Source: Balanoglossus misakiensis
Taxonomy: Eukaryota; Animalia; Hemichordata
Length of the DNA stretch: 64,000 nt
Assembly: GCA_040954595.2 (NCBI GenBank)
Contig: CM082594.2
Coordinates: 5,897,862 to 5,961,861 of the forward strand
Direction of reading: 5' to 3'
The position numbers and the translations under genes are program-made. This document shows, in pieces, positions 1-13,800 of this stretch. Numbering within the stretch: position 1 is the stretch's first letter; each line of letters begins with the position of its first letter. The notes under the pieces are model-generated. The model saw nothing but the letters and a program-made list of their open reading frames with translations, did no database searches and had not been told where the DNA came from.

Positions 1-3000
1 ATAGTCTGTTTTAGTAAAGCCCGGAAGGGCGTCGTGCTGAAAGAGCGCCGTTGAAATCTTCGATGGCAGTAATGCAAGCCACATTTCTATCGTTTTAACT
101 GCTTTGTGAATCGGGTGGCATTGCCCTATCTAGATGATATTACTGCGATTCTGATAAATTTGCTGGAAAGTTCAGACATCAAAACACAGCATCAACCGCG
201 CGGAACCCCGTCTGGTGATTGTGCCTAGTTTCGTGACGTCATCGACAGCGACAGGAAATTTATGTTCCAACCAATCTTTGTTGACATGCTTCCGTGAATA
301 TCAATCTTGTTGGACGACACAGCCGTATGCAATCTGCTTGAGGCTTACAAACATACAGAAAACACGTATCTGATAGCGCATCTGAGATTTCTAATCTATC
401 CACGGCATAAAATAGGGTGAACATTTATGTTCTTGGTGCAGAAGGGCACAAATCTGGGTCGTCCTAATTTTCTGGAAAATTGCTCCCAAAAGTACGATTT
501 AGCAGTGGTTATGCTGTCATATTACAGAGACCTCGGTTTTCATTTATTTTTACTCGTCAGAGCTGGAAGCGACAAAAGAACAGTCACCTAAGGATTATCC
601 GTCTCTACGATGCAAACGCCTTGCTTGAATGATCACAATGACAACAAATTTCTTGCAGCATGTTGTTCTTTGACAATTTAAGATCTGATCCAAAGAACAA
701 AACAATGGGTTGCTTGGACAATGGAAAACAAAGAGTATAAAACGCATGGCCTTGATAAAATGCGCAGACGGCAAGATTGTTGCGCAAAGCTAGCTTGGAG
801 GAGATGGTCGCTCTTTACCTGCAGTTCAAGAAGTTTCTCAGACATTCCGCGGTGTCGGCTATGAAATATCACTGTCTAACTCCGTGATGGCGCCAGATAA
901 TTTTCGCTAACGACTTCCCATGTGTCTATATATTTGATTTATGCGCCATCTCACGCTTTAAACACAAACACCCAATCGCTGTAGGGAAATAATCGCACAG
1001 ACGTTTTAAAGTTACTCGAATATTTGGGATCCCAATTAAGAGAAGAACCGCAGTTAACACCTGGAATCCTCGAACTTTTTTATAAATGACCAATTTGCCC
1101 ACCGGGAAGGCATTAAACGACTACGGCGAGAGTGACGGTCCTATTCATGAATTTTGCATTGAGATTTGCGATGACAAAAATTAATAAGCTAACAGGGCCA
1201 CTGGGTGTACCTCCGTCAAACTGTGACAATCACCGCAGTCCTGGATGATTTACAATGTGAAGCTTTGGTTTACCGTTCCCCCTCTCTGTCTGTCTCTGCC
1301 TTGAAAAAAACCCAGAAAGTCAACGCATGCTGTTTGACTTACATGGCATCAGCAGTCGTAAGCCTGGCGATGTAATGTAAGCGAAATCTTTTATGATGTA
1401 CAAATGAAACGGCCGTCTGAAGAGATCTGTTGTCGCTTGCAGCCAGATAATGGCGATGTTTCGCGCAATCCTAACACTATGTAATGTTCGACGGTGAAGA
1501 AAATCCATATAACCTGTTATTAAAAATTTATTGGGCGCCATAAGCCTTAATTCTGGGCCCAGACAAACCTTTCTGTGAATACTAACGTGATAATATACCA
1601 AGTGTTTTGAATATTAAGTATATGTTATTGTCATTATCAGTAATATTTTGTCGTTGTTGTCGTTAACGGGTAAAATTATGAGGGATGGAAAAACAAAATG
1701 TACGGCTTAATTAAAGCCCCAGTATTTCTCGTGTGCATCCATTTTTCATCATCGAAAAAAGCCCGTTTTTCCAGTACATCCATCATGGAATACTATATAA
1801 TGAAGATGTAAGAAAGGTTTGGGCAATTGTAGCTACATGCAAGCCGAAAATATCGCCCGTAACACTTGAAATGATGCGTGGGTTTGTTTACAACGGAAAT
1901 GTTGTACATGTCGATCAGCAAACGTGCCACTTTGACATTTTGATGGTCAGACCATTTTCGGATTTGATCTGGTTCCATCGACTGATTTCTCCCATAAAGT
2001 TATCTTCCCAAATTTTCGCCGAATTAGTGCGCATTTCTTCGCTGAGTCGCTTGATTTGGGGCGACCAAACCTCTTCTGCGTAGATTCACATTTGAGTGCG
2101 CATGCGCACTAGTCACGTGTGTCAACATTAGCCTGACTCACGTGACTTTCTGTCCGGACAGAAAGTCATTCTTCACTCGTTATATTGTAAATTGTATGAG
2201 TTTATCAGCAGAGCTGGGGATGATGACTGTTCGATTCAGTATCAATTATCATCTACTTTTAGAAATTATAGATGCCGTTTCAAACAAAATTTTGCCCCTA
2301 CGAGAAATACTGTGGCTTTAATATGCATGGACGTTCGGTCGGTTTGGGCATTTCTTTCATGTGTCATAATGGTGAGGATACGATATGATGATAATGACAT
2401 GACATGAAATGATGATGTCGAGATGACGATATAACGTGAGAATATAAAGTTAAAATGGACAGCGTGCCAACAATTGGTAGAATATTTACTCCATATCCTT
2501 GATTGGATCGAATTCGTGTAACCAAACCAAGACATAATTTCTAGTGCAACCTGTCGGTTCAAATATGTGCCTAACTCGCACATTTTATGCTGCTGCACGA
2601 TTCAGAATTATTGAAATTTGTATTGGATCACTCAGAAAGCTTACTATTTGTAACTAAGTAGACAGCTGTGGTGAAATGATAAAAAATGAAATTCAAGTAC
2701 ATTTCACCACGGGTGGTTTTCTATAGAGACCTTTGAAATTGAAAAACGATGGTTGGACATAAAAAGTAGCGATTTAATATTGCTTGCTCCTATTGGTTTG
2801 GTGTGATATTTTATTGTGCTAGGACACAGTTTTCAATCAGAAGTCTTATTGCGTGGAGAATATAAAGATTCCGGTTTAGAGACAGAGAATTTGATTTACA
2901 GTTGCATGTGCGACAGCTGTCGACCGGGAAGGGGATAGGTGGAATAATGTTTGGTGAGAAAATTTCACCTTTAAAATTACGATGCACAATAATGCATTCT

Positions 3001-4831
3001 TCGTATTCCCCAATACCAAACCGTTATCGACGTATTTGGCATTACACTTATGTTGCTCACAGCCGCCATCGAAGCGATTGTTTGCATTTCGATTCATGGC
3101 GGTTGTTATAATACACATGATTTTCATTGTAACACTGAGGAAAGACATTGCTACTTATTTTTCTCATCGATGGTACGTTTTGCTGGCAGAGGCAAACCGT
3201 ACTTTCAACTCTGCAAACCCGTTGCCGGATATCGCCATACCAGTATTCAATTACGCGGTTCTGTATCGCCCAGCAATGATCTGTAATTCTCTAATTCTTT
3301 GATTCCCGGAATTTTTCTGGCTTACTTTTGTGCAAGCCGATATCATAAGTGGGGACAAAAAACAGACAATATCGCTCCAGTGAGCGGAGTCCATGTCACG
3401 ATAGATATTGAAATTCTTTAGGTGTCCCCTTCTTTAATTTGATAAAACTCCCGCGTTGCCATGGTTTGTTTATTCTGCCACACATCCGGTGTATCGGCGC
3501 GCTCGGCTGGACGCGTGTTCAAACACAAAAGCGTTCCTCCACCACGCTGGGTGCGTTCATCTAACTATTTCTATCCGCCTTCCCTCCACCATTGTGCGTT
3601 GCGAGGCAAGAAATATGCGCGATTCGGCGGGCCACTCGGGGAGCACATGCTAAAGCCCGGACCCGCTGTTATTGAAAAAAGTAAATCTGCATATCAAATT
3701 ACAGCTCAGGACATTGCATCAAAGGTAAATGTAATACTATCTCCCCTTTCATATTCCCCCTCTTTCTTGTAAATGATCACGATTTGATTTTGTGAGCGCA
3801 CTTCCCGTTGGATGTTGTGATCTCGCGTTCGACAAAAGTTTAATACACTCGTGTGTGATAGCAGGGAATTCAATAATAAAGTGCAGATAAGGTCTAGGTC
3901 ATTTATTCCGAGCGAGCTCACACATATTCTCGGCTTAAAGCTAATTCACATCCGATTTCAACATTTAAATTTGATTCTGGTGTAGCAAGTGCAAGTTGTC
4001 TTACGGAAAGGCCTTCAAGTTTGATGGCATTTCAAATTTAAACGTCGGATCTTTGCTACTTGTCTTCGCTGCCTTGGGTACGGTGATGTTCCAATAAAAG
4101 AAAATACAGAGATCAAAGACACGAAGTTGGTAATCCTGTGTCTCAGTGATACACCATTTCTATTTTTCTGTATTCTTGTTGATGTTCAAATATTTTTTTC
4201 CTACTGAACATTTACGTTTGATGCTCTGGACTTTATTATGGGCATTAGGGATTTCGTCTTGCAAATACTCTACGACCGAAAAATCTGAATGTCTGCTCAA
4301 TCACACAGGCAGTGGGCTATGATTCCTCGGATCTGTCAAACTTGTCTTCGACTGGGGGAATCCGCGTGTCATTTAACTCGACATGGGAGCGACTAGACAC
4401 GACTTGTCAGTGTACACCTCGCGCTATGACGCAGCCCGCTGCGCAACATTGCAATCACGCGGATGCGCACCAAAGAAATCAACATCTGAAATTAACATGT
4501 TTTTTCCCCTCCCTTTGTTCCTCCACCGTGTCGCGCAGCCAGGGATCAATTGATGACCCGTTAATGTGAGCGTTGATGCGATTCAATGCATTTGAAATTG
4601 TGAGTCAATTTCATTACGGTGACGCTAATCGTTGCACGCCGTACGTTTAATGGAATTTGCTAATCGTCTGTGCACATCACAGGTGAATGTACCGCGGGTA
4701 TTATGATTGCTGTAATTTTCCCTTTTCGCCTCGCAACGTTCAATCATATCACCGTCCTTTCCTCTCTCCTGTCCCGTGTGTGTCTGGTCTCCTCCCTGTG
4801 ACGCAGTTTTAAACAAACCCCATCACTAAGG

Positions 4832-5031
4832 CATACATACATACATACATACATACATACATACATACATACATACATACATACATACATACATACATAC
4901 ATACATACATACACATACATACATACATACATACATACATACATACATACATACATACATAGCACATACATACATACATACATACATACATACATACAAT
5001 ACATACAATACATACATACATATCATACATA
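4832..5031. repeat. (CATA)n microsatellite
   Basis: About 200 bp of slightly interrupted tetranucleotide repeat. Confidence 0.97.
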
Positions 5032-8000
5032 GGTTGCCTACCCAACTGCCTACCTACCTTCCAGGAAGACAGAGAACCTGGTACTGTGAATTTTGCCAAT
5101 GGGTCTGCCACACCCATTTAATATTAAACTACCAGATATTTAATAATATTAGATGTTCCGTGATCACCGATTTAATTGAAGCAATGGGATCAGGTGTTCC
5201 TGCCGTGCGTGTGTGGCCTCGACTGAGGACACGAATTGTACTTCTTGAGACACAGAAGTCTCGCTGTTGTGTTAGCAAGAATCAGAGTTTCCATGGAACA
5301 CAATCCAGGTTTTTTTTCTGCTGTGATAATAAATCATGATTGTTAGCCCCTTTCAAAACAGAACATGTTTGAATGGATGGAACTGGCAGGCGCACCTGAA
5401 CCGGCGTATGATGGATGCGTTTGTACCGGCGCGTCATATATTGTATACAGCCATCCTGTCCGTCTGAGGCCCCCTATTCATCTCTTAAATCGTACAATTA
5501 GGCAAGTTGCAATGTCAGAAGCAACCGTGGAAAATCTGTGTGCGTCTCTTTCTGAAAAGTGATATCCAGGATGCGTTGGACAAAGGAGCTCTAAACATGT
5601 AGAGACGGTATTAGATCGGTAATAGCTTTATTTTGCATGTAAAGAGGGTTCTGGATACCGGAGATTATGGGACGCAAATAGTTTTAGGAAGAGTACCTCA
5701 AAAGTAAATTTAAGTTTGATCACCTATCAAATGCACATTAATAAACATGAGTTTAACAAACAATCAGCAGTGAAAAGTTTCTACTTTATGAAGTGCTCTT
5801 TTTTCATGTTACAACTAACTCTGGTGACTCATCAAAGGTCAGAACTCAGTCGAAGAAAGGAAAGGCCGTTTTATCTTTCATGTACTTGACGCGCACGCGA
5901 GAACAGATTATTCGTTGCCATAATCACCTGTTCATTCAACCGAAACAGCTACAGCGATATACAAGCACGTGGTAAATGTCGAGAAACTTCTGAACAAACA
6001 CACACGTTGTACACAGCGTGGGCTTAATGAGCTGTTCTTAGTCAAGCCTCGGCGGAACGCAACCTGAAATGAATTCCATCAGATGCTGTGTGGCCGGGAA
6101 TGTGTAAACATAGATTCTAATTATCACTTGGGCACTTGTTTTGAAAGGGTGATGGTCTTTTCGCAGCGGGGATTTCTCGCCTCGCAAGATGTAATGTTTG
6201 ATATTCTGGGGGTGAAGGTCACTCGCGATACCTCCGCGTTTGTGATAATGGTTGAAATCGATCGATTGTATTAATCTGATCGAGATGTGTGCATGAATGC
6301 TTCGCGTTGGCGATCCGTTGTGAGCGAGAGTGTGTACCGGGGGCAAAATAATCATTTCACACATCGTGTTCAGATAGACAGTTTGGATGAATATGTCGAC
6401 ATGACACAGGTATTCACACAGCGCATTGCGTGCACACAAATTACTTTCTTCATGGCTGCTTGCCTTGCTAGCTTGATGCCTGCATACCAACGCATATCTC
6501 CCTCACCACTACCTCCCTACCGAGCCAACAAGCCACTGAACATCCTGAAACAAACCCGTGCCCCATTCTCGCGAGTCATCTATCAGAAACTGTTGCATAC
6601 CTAGAAACATATTTTTAATGTTTCTCTCATCTTGTGAGGTCACAAATACACTAGAGTCAAGACAAACAACCACTTATAGTCTGAAACAGAGAGAGACAGA
6701 AAATGGCGGCCCTGCCAGTTCCACAGTAAGGTGGACGCCCTATGACCCCTGCCACACGTGGCGCTGCAGGAAACAGCTGAGCTCTTGCGGTTTGATAAAA
6801 TTTACTTACTGCGCAACTACTTTTAACTCTCCGTCTATGGTATGCAACTACTTAATCCAATCAGTCATTCGTGAAATATCTTTTTAACATGGATTCAAAC
6901 AGCGAGTTCGAGTGTGAGAGAGAGAAGGGCAGGCAAATAGGCTGACTGACAGATGGACAGACAGATACAGGTGGCATTTCCCCCATAAGGCCATTTACCA
7001 TAGCCCACGTGACCATGGGAGTGAAATCCGGATCGGTGGCAGTATGTCGTACAGTGTCACCTGCGTACCCAGTGACTTTGCATCAATCAAATTGAGCTAA
7101 GGAACACTGCACAATAAACCCAGTCTTTCCACAGACTCAGGCTTAAAACCAGAGAATGCGGAATCTTTTGAAGCTGACGTTCACAGCTTTGTGACTCTTT
7201 CCTGTCAGTTTATTCATAGACTTTGGAAGAAGATGGTTTAACGTAATTCGTGTCGCACAGTGCTCAGACAGTGTCGATTAGTCGAATACTGCATGTCGTC
7301 TTCATCATGTTTTGTGAATAAATGCCAAAAGCTACTTATCAGTGCCGTTCGAACTCGACAACACATGGCACTTACATTATATTGGGCGACATTTCGTGAT
7401 TTGCTTTTAGGCGTCATTTGACACTGAGGTGGCAATAGTTCTTAGCACTAGTACAATTGTGTGAGGGAATTACTGTAGTGATAGCTCGTTTCGTGGAATA
7501 TATTTTAGGGCAAGTCCAGGTGCCCCTGTTCTGTTCGACATTTGTGAGTGTAATGTGTGTATTATGGCCGGCCTTCTGAATGCGTAATTCTCTGTTCTGC
7601 CGCGATATCACCTCACATGCACGAGCGTTGCTTGCTTGCCGAGCAGGAAGGGTACCGTACACCGGTGGCCGATGATATATCTATCGTATCATGTCGCCGC
7701 ATGACACGTCGTGAAATTAAAAGCTACCCAGTTTCTCGAGAAAACGAAATCACAGCGAGACAAGTGTTGGAAGCACCTCAAACACTGCGTAGGTTATTAG
7801 CAGTGAGTGGAGAAATGCCGAACTCCAAATTGCCAGGGATAATTTATTCGCAGGGAAATCGTGCGAAATTTATTAAGGGAAGGGCGAGGTAATGGCCCCG
7901 CGCGATGTACGAGTAGTAAATCAGATGACTACAACGCTCGGTTACGTCGATTGAGTAGACCTCGAGGTTTGATGAATCCAGCTCGAGTGCGCCGTATCGG

Positions 8001-9812
8001 ACGAGCAAATGATATTTTCCCCCAATTTCGATCTTCTATTTCCCTTCTTCGTTTGATGGCCGCCTGGAACTCGCGGTGACATCTGCGACAATCGAGGGCA
8101 TCTCTCTCCTGCCGACTCGTGGAATGCAAAGTATAATTTGCCAACGAGAAGCTTTCTCCTCCTCCGGGGAAGATGCATTAGAGTCCAGTGAATGTTGCAT
8201 AAACCATTATGAGCTATCTTCGCAGGAGAAATCTTACTCAGTTTGTGATCATATTGAGTAAGACGATATCAAAATTTCAGCTGAAAAATCCAAGTGCTCA
8301 TCGCCATGCATGTCGTATGTATGCATTTTCTGGTATTTTACCAGAGTACGAATTTAAGTCAGGCCACGCAAAAATTTCAACAACACGGCCATAATCTTCT
8401 ACTGGACTCCATCTGCGCATGTGCGTATTACAAGCTTTAGAGAGCGCAGACCGCGCTTGAGCACCATTAGATTATTAAATTTTATACAATCCAGGCAGAA
8501 TATCAAAAAGTTACTGCAGCTGCCGCTGTCCATCCAATATTGATGAGTGAATCACGCGACACGGTAGACAATCGTGATCACATTCCACAAGAATGAGATA
8601 AAGACGTAAAGCGATGGAAACGAATGCGTGAATATGAAATTAATTTTTGAAGTACATGTACACGGTCGTATAATGATGCATTTGCGGGTAATTGATTCCA
8701 TGGAGTCGGCTTTGCCACGACGGTGAAATTGTTCTCTGGGGACTTGAGGGATTTAGGTGATGTGACTTCTGAATCGTCTTTCTCTTTTTCTGGCAGTGGG
8801 CGAGTCGGTTGTCAACCCTTGTAGTTGTGTCTTAGAGTGAGAACTTTGAAACGGTTTTTGCGCCGCGGTTTGGCGTTCACGTAAAATGTTACTTGCTAAT
8901 AAAAGTGGCGGGATAATGCCGTCTTATAGAGTCTGGGGAGAATTCTGTCGCACAGCGGAAAACACGGGGGCTCGTTGAAGTTTAAATGTGAATAAAGTAA
9001 CACCTCCGGGGTTGTTAAATGTCAGTCTTTGTAGCGTTGAAACATGAAGGACTTGATGAATTGAGACTCGGTTCTGGTGGGGGGGGGGTGAAAATTGCTT
9101 TAGTTTTTTTGAAGGCTATCATGGTATTTCGGAGTCATAGTTGCCGTTTCGTGCTTTTGTGATTGCTTTCCTCACACACGAGGGAGCCCGAACACTTATA
9201 CGCCTACGGTACAGTTAATGGCTGTTCACAGCAAACGAGCGGAAGGCACTAGCCAGCGTAAAAATATTACACGGATGGATTTTTTGAAAAGTAATCGGTT
9301 TGTTACCCACTTTGATGGAAAGATTTGCTCGTCCTAGCATGGTATCAAAAACGGAAATGAGGGTTCGTTCCGCATCGTTTAAATGATGAAGTTTCGGTGA
9401 CTTCGGTTTTACAGTTTTCGAACTTCGAGCAGAAACTGACACTAGGAAAGAGTGTTACAGTATACGTTATAATTGTGCCCTACCCCCTTACAAGCCAGAA
9501 AAAAATTAATGTGCATGGTCATGTGTGATGGTGAATGGTGACAATACGTGCACCCAGCCATACGAGTACTAGCACTCCGTGTCTCCTGTTGGCTAATCTG
9601 TTTGAATATTCAATTATCGACGACCCCTAACCTCCGCACCGTCAGATGGATAGCCGCGCTCGCGTGGGAGCGCATTGTATAGCTGGTTATTTTTAACAGG
9701 GTATATACGGTTTGCTGTTCGGGCGACACGATCAGCTGTGACTACGCGAACAGCTTTCCTCCGCATTTGATGTTTTCCCGGCGTTCATGAACAGTGCGTC
9801 GGCTTATCGCCG

Positions 9813-9818
9813 TATAAA
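9813..9818 (+). promoter_or_regulatory. Candidate TATA box for exon 1A
   Basis: TATAAA in a CpG-rich stretch about 290 nt upstream of ATG 10104; motif match only. Confidence 0.3.
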
Positions 9819-10103
9819 CAAGCGCGTGTTCTGACAGAGCATCGATCCGCCCGTGTTAATCGCGGAAACAAATCAGATGGTGTAGAGCTAGGAAAAAAAG
9901 ACGGACATGTCGTATTAAGTCAGCTGTTTTATGGATAAGTGTAATTTAATCATATTCCAAGATTTGTAATTTCTCAAGGACTAAGGCAGATCGGGATTTT
10001 TTTCTCTCCTCAAATCGATTTCCCAGTAGCTGTGTGTGTCAAGTGGTTGGGTCATCAAGAATATTTCAGCGTGTCTTGGTTTAGCTGGGTTTTATCTGCA
10101 GGT

Positions 10104-10806
10104 ATGTTGCTTATGCGACAGATTCCTGTAGGTTGCCTGCCACTTACCGTCCTGCTAATGTGTATCAGTTGCTGTCGAGGCAGGGATTTTATCATCGGCG
10201 TGATGTTGAACTTGAACGATGACCAGTCGCAGTACTCGGCCAGGAGAGTGGCGCCGGCGATCGACATCGCCGTCGACAAGGTGAACAACGACACCGCGCT
10301 GCTGCCGTCGCACCGGCTGCGGGCACTGCTCAACAACAGCGGCTGCGACACCATCCCGGCGCTGAAGACGGCCACGGACATTCGCACCATCAACGACCCG
10401 GACGTGATCGTCGGGCCGGCGTGCTGGGTGCCGATGGACATCGTGGCCTCGCTGGCGGGACACTGGCGCCTGCCGGTGGTCTCCGGCGCCGCCGTCGACC
10501 CGACCTACAGCAAGCGGCAGCTCTTCCCCACCCTGACGCGCACCTACCCCCACCTGCTGAAGCTGGTCTCCGCCTTCGTCAGCATGCTGGAGTACTTCGG
10601 CGTGCAGCTGATCGGGATCCTGTACAGCCGCGACGGCGGCGACCTGCTGCAGTACATCACGGCGTTCTCGCTGGACAAACTGGTCCAGTCGACGACGACA
10701 AACGTCTCTTTTTCGAGCGACCCCGCAGGTACCAGGGAGATAAGTAGTTCAATGTCCCCCGAAGAGAAGGAGGAGGTGTATAATAGTGTCACTGGCGTCT
10801 CAAGAA
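10104..10806 (+). CDS. NPR1-like: Alternative first coding exon 1A: signal peptide plus N-terminal part of the ligand-binding domain
   Basis: ATG 10104 (or 10113); [26 protein letters not shown] signal-like segment; motifs [38 protein letters not shown]; donor TCA AGA A|GTAGGT, phase 1, compatible with exon 2. Confidence 0.9.
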
Positions 10807-13800
10807 GTAGGTACACCTTTATTCCCCCCACACACTTAAATTGACAAGATTATTCACTCACTGCCTAAACTCAAGCTGCGACAGCCTCAGTTGTGGTGAT
10901 TTCTCCACGCGACAAAAGTCGCCGTAGCTCTATCTTTAGTAAAATTCTATCGTGCCTTTGTCCGTTCGCTACGCCATTGAAATCCTTTAAAATCTGACAA
11001 AAGCGCGCTTCACCGATCTCGTCCGTGCTTCGTCATTAAGTCGCATGCAATATCATATACAATGTAGGATGTCATATTTTGGGTGCATTATTGCGTGGAT
11101 GTACAGCCTTACCCAACGTAAAATCTCCTCTATCCCCGAGAAGATTAGCGTGCCTGGCGGCGTTCCGCTAATTGACGTACTTTTGCTCGTTTGCTATAGA
11201 AATGAACCACCACGTTGTCGCAAAACCAGTAGCCTCGGATATCGCAAAATACCCCGGGGCTGACACGCGGTACTTAATCAATCTCCGAATATCTCTCATC
11301 CTAAATGAAAAGTCCTTTCCATAATTTCGTCCGTAAATCTCCAGTCTTTATTACTGACTTGAGAGCATGTTGGCAGTGTGCTTCTATTCAAATAAGCCTC
11401 TTGATGAAAGACTAAGCAGTACTGACAAGGTATTCTTGTCAACATAGTCTGAGACTGAAATGTCTGGTGGTTTATGTCAACCCACAGCTCAAGCAGCAAG
11501 AATTGTGAATGTATATGTCGACGAAAATTCCAATCTGAGCTGCATAATATAAAATATATTATTTTCATATCGTGCGATTTTTGCCTGCTGCGTATATAGT
11601 GTTTTGGGCAAATTTGTGAAACATTGAAATTCCACTATGACAATGACGACATCACAAAATGGACTAATACCACACAGACGAGATGATTCTAATTGAATAT
11701 GCAAATAATTTCAGTAACCTTTACCTCAGCCGTGCGCGTTGCGAGACACTTCCATCGCCATTCACATCTCATGCAGCGGTTGAAACGTATGCCGTGTTTC
11801 GCGCCAAAGCTATTTAGCTGGAATATGCGTAAGTCAGATTTGGGAGAGTAGGCGAACCGAATAGTGTGCTCCGTTGCGCTCTTGCTGCAGTTGGAATGCC
11901 TTTGAATATATTTGATCGATTTTCTTGAGAGTCTCGCGAGATGCGACACTTCGATTCGAGCAAAGCTGTATTGATGAAGGTATGAAAAGCTTTTGATCAA
12001 CGCAAGGCAGCATTGTTTCCTAAAAGCCACTGTAGATATTAAACTCTCAGTATAAAGCGGGGAGAGCAACAGAGCGGGGACAGCAGACGGCAGATGAGAA
12101 CACGCGACGAATGTTGCTTTATTTTAAAAAGGCTGAGAGAAAAATTTTGCTTCGTATAACTCGTAGAGTTTATACACACAAGTGATTTGTTTCTGAACTG
12201 AAACCTTCAATTATTCTGGGCGTCTGCGCCTACTCTCTCTGTTTGGATGTCGCTGACTTGGCGTATGTTCACACTTCAAAGTTTAAATTGGAATTTTCGC
12301 GAGTCAAGATGAAGCCTGGCATAGCGCTGCGTCTGTTCCGATTACTCTTGGCGTTGTCAGTGTGCGGCGGCGGCGGTGTCAGCCACGCCAGAGAATTCCG
12401 CCTGTCCGTCATCCTGAACATCACCGATGACCCGTACGCGAGTCCGTTCACGGCGACCCTGGTCAGTCCGGCCGTCGAGGTGGCCGTCGACTCGATCAAC
12501 AACGACACCAGCCTGCTCCCGGGCCACAGCCTGCGGGCGATGGTCAACAACAGCGGCTGCACCACCACCCTGGCCGTGTTCACCGTCACCGACGTGCGGA
12601 CCTTCTACGACCCGGACGCCATCATCGGACCGGCGTGCTGGGTGTCCATGGACGTCATCGCCCCGCTGGCCGGCCACTGGAACCTGCCGGTCGTGTCGGG
12701 CGCCGCCGAGGACCCGACCTTCAGCAACAAGGAGAAGTTCCCCACGCTCACCCGCACCTACCCGCACTACAAGACGCTGGCCAACGCCGTGGTGAAGTTT
12801 CTGAACTTCTTCGACCTCGGCTACTTGGGATTCCTGTACGACATTGAGAACCAATCGAACTTCATCATGGCGTTTTCGCTGGACGCGGTGGTGATGGACA
12901 CGCCGAATGTCACGTTCACGAGCGACCCAGCGGGCAAGCGCGGCTTTAGGGCGACCCGCACACCTCTGGAGGACAGACTGTCGTTATATAAAGATGTCGC
13001 AAGCAGGTCGAGAAGTAGGTCTCCCATTTTAAATAAATAATCACATTTCCAGTATTAAACAATAGGTGGCTGTCGTTTAACCAGCAGGTTCTAGTCAGAG
13101 CAGGTGGGGTGCACCTGGTTTACATATTTGTGTACTTGATGTTCCTGATATAACACACAAGTATAAGCGTTGATCAAGATCTTTGACATTCACCGCTTAT
13201 AGTTCTCGTTATCTGCCGTCTTTAGAGGTAGACGTGCAAAATCACCATTGTCAGAGGGGAATATTTTCTCTAGTTTGGCTGTTTGCGTCAATTGAATCTT
13301 GGCTTTCAGTCTGGCCGTTCACGTCTCGAAAGTGGCGGGCTCGGTCCACGTGATTTTGAATAACGCACCCAGGTTTTTGTGCCTGAATGGGTTGCGAACG
13401 AGGCTGTTGGTGATTGGCACTGACCGCAGAAATCCAGACTGTCATATCCCGAAATACCGAATGTAATTCCGCTCGTTACTGTCATAAAATGACACATTTC
13501 CAAATCTCTCGACACAAGAATGCAACGCCTTGTTTGCAACTGGCAGAGACAATCCGCACTGGCCGCGAGGTCTTCGTTTTCTGATAAGTTAATTTTCCGT
13601 GCCATTTCATCGCATTTCGCGAGCCCCACGCTCTGTATAGCGATGGTATTTTAGAATTAATTGGCCAGCGTGAACTCAGAAAGAACTATGTTACAGCGTA
13701 TGCGAATAATGTTGTAGCTGCGACGAACACTCAGTTCCAAACACGAACACCCGCTCATTTTCACGTTCGGAAACTTATAAGATTTCTCAAAACAGGAGCG

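Noticed and set aside
600-2083. Possible minus-strand exon or decayed retroelement (MSEKLLELQ|gtaaag; ...VVNKPTH...)
   Set aside because: Too short, with no consistent frame or recognisable domain; needs a BLASTx search.
4744-5117. MYVC-repeat ORFs (also 37949-38282, and the YSTVQ/LYCTV ORFs at 15761-16168)
   Set aside because: Translations of simple repeats.
10104-13014. 1A and 1B as consecutive exons or as stand-alone single-exon genes
   Set aside because: Each begins with its own signal peptide and ends at the same conserved donor a few codons before a stop. Each holds only part of the domain and needs exon 2. Tandem inclusion is not formally excluded without RNA data.
10055-13027. Antisense and alternate-frame ORFs over exons 1A and 1B (also over exons 2-3)
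   Set aside because: Shadow ORFs caused by high GC3 codon usage; no recognisable protein motifs.
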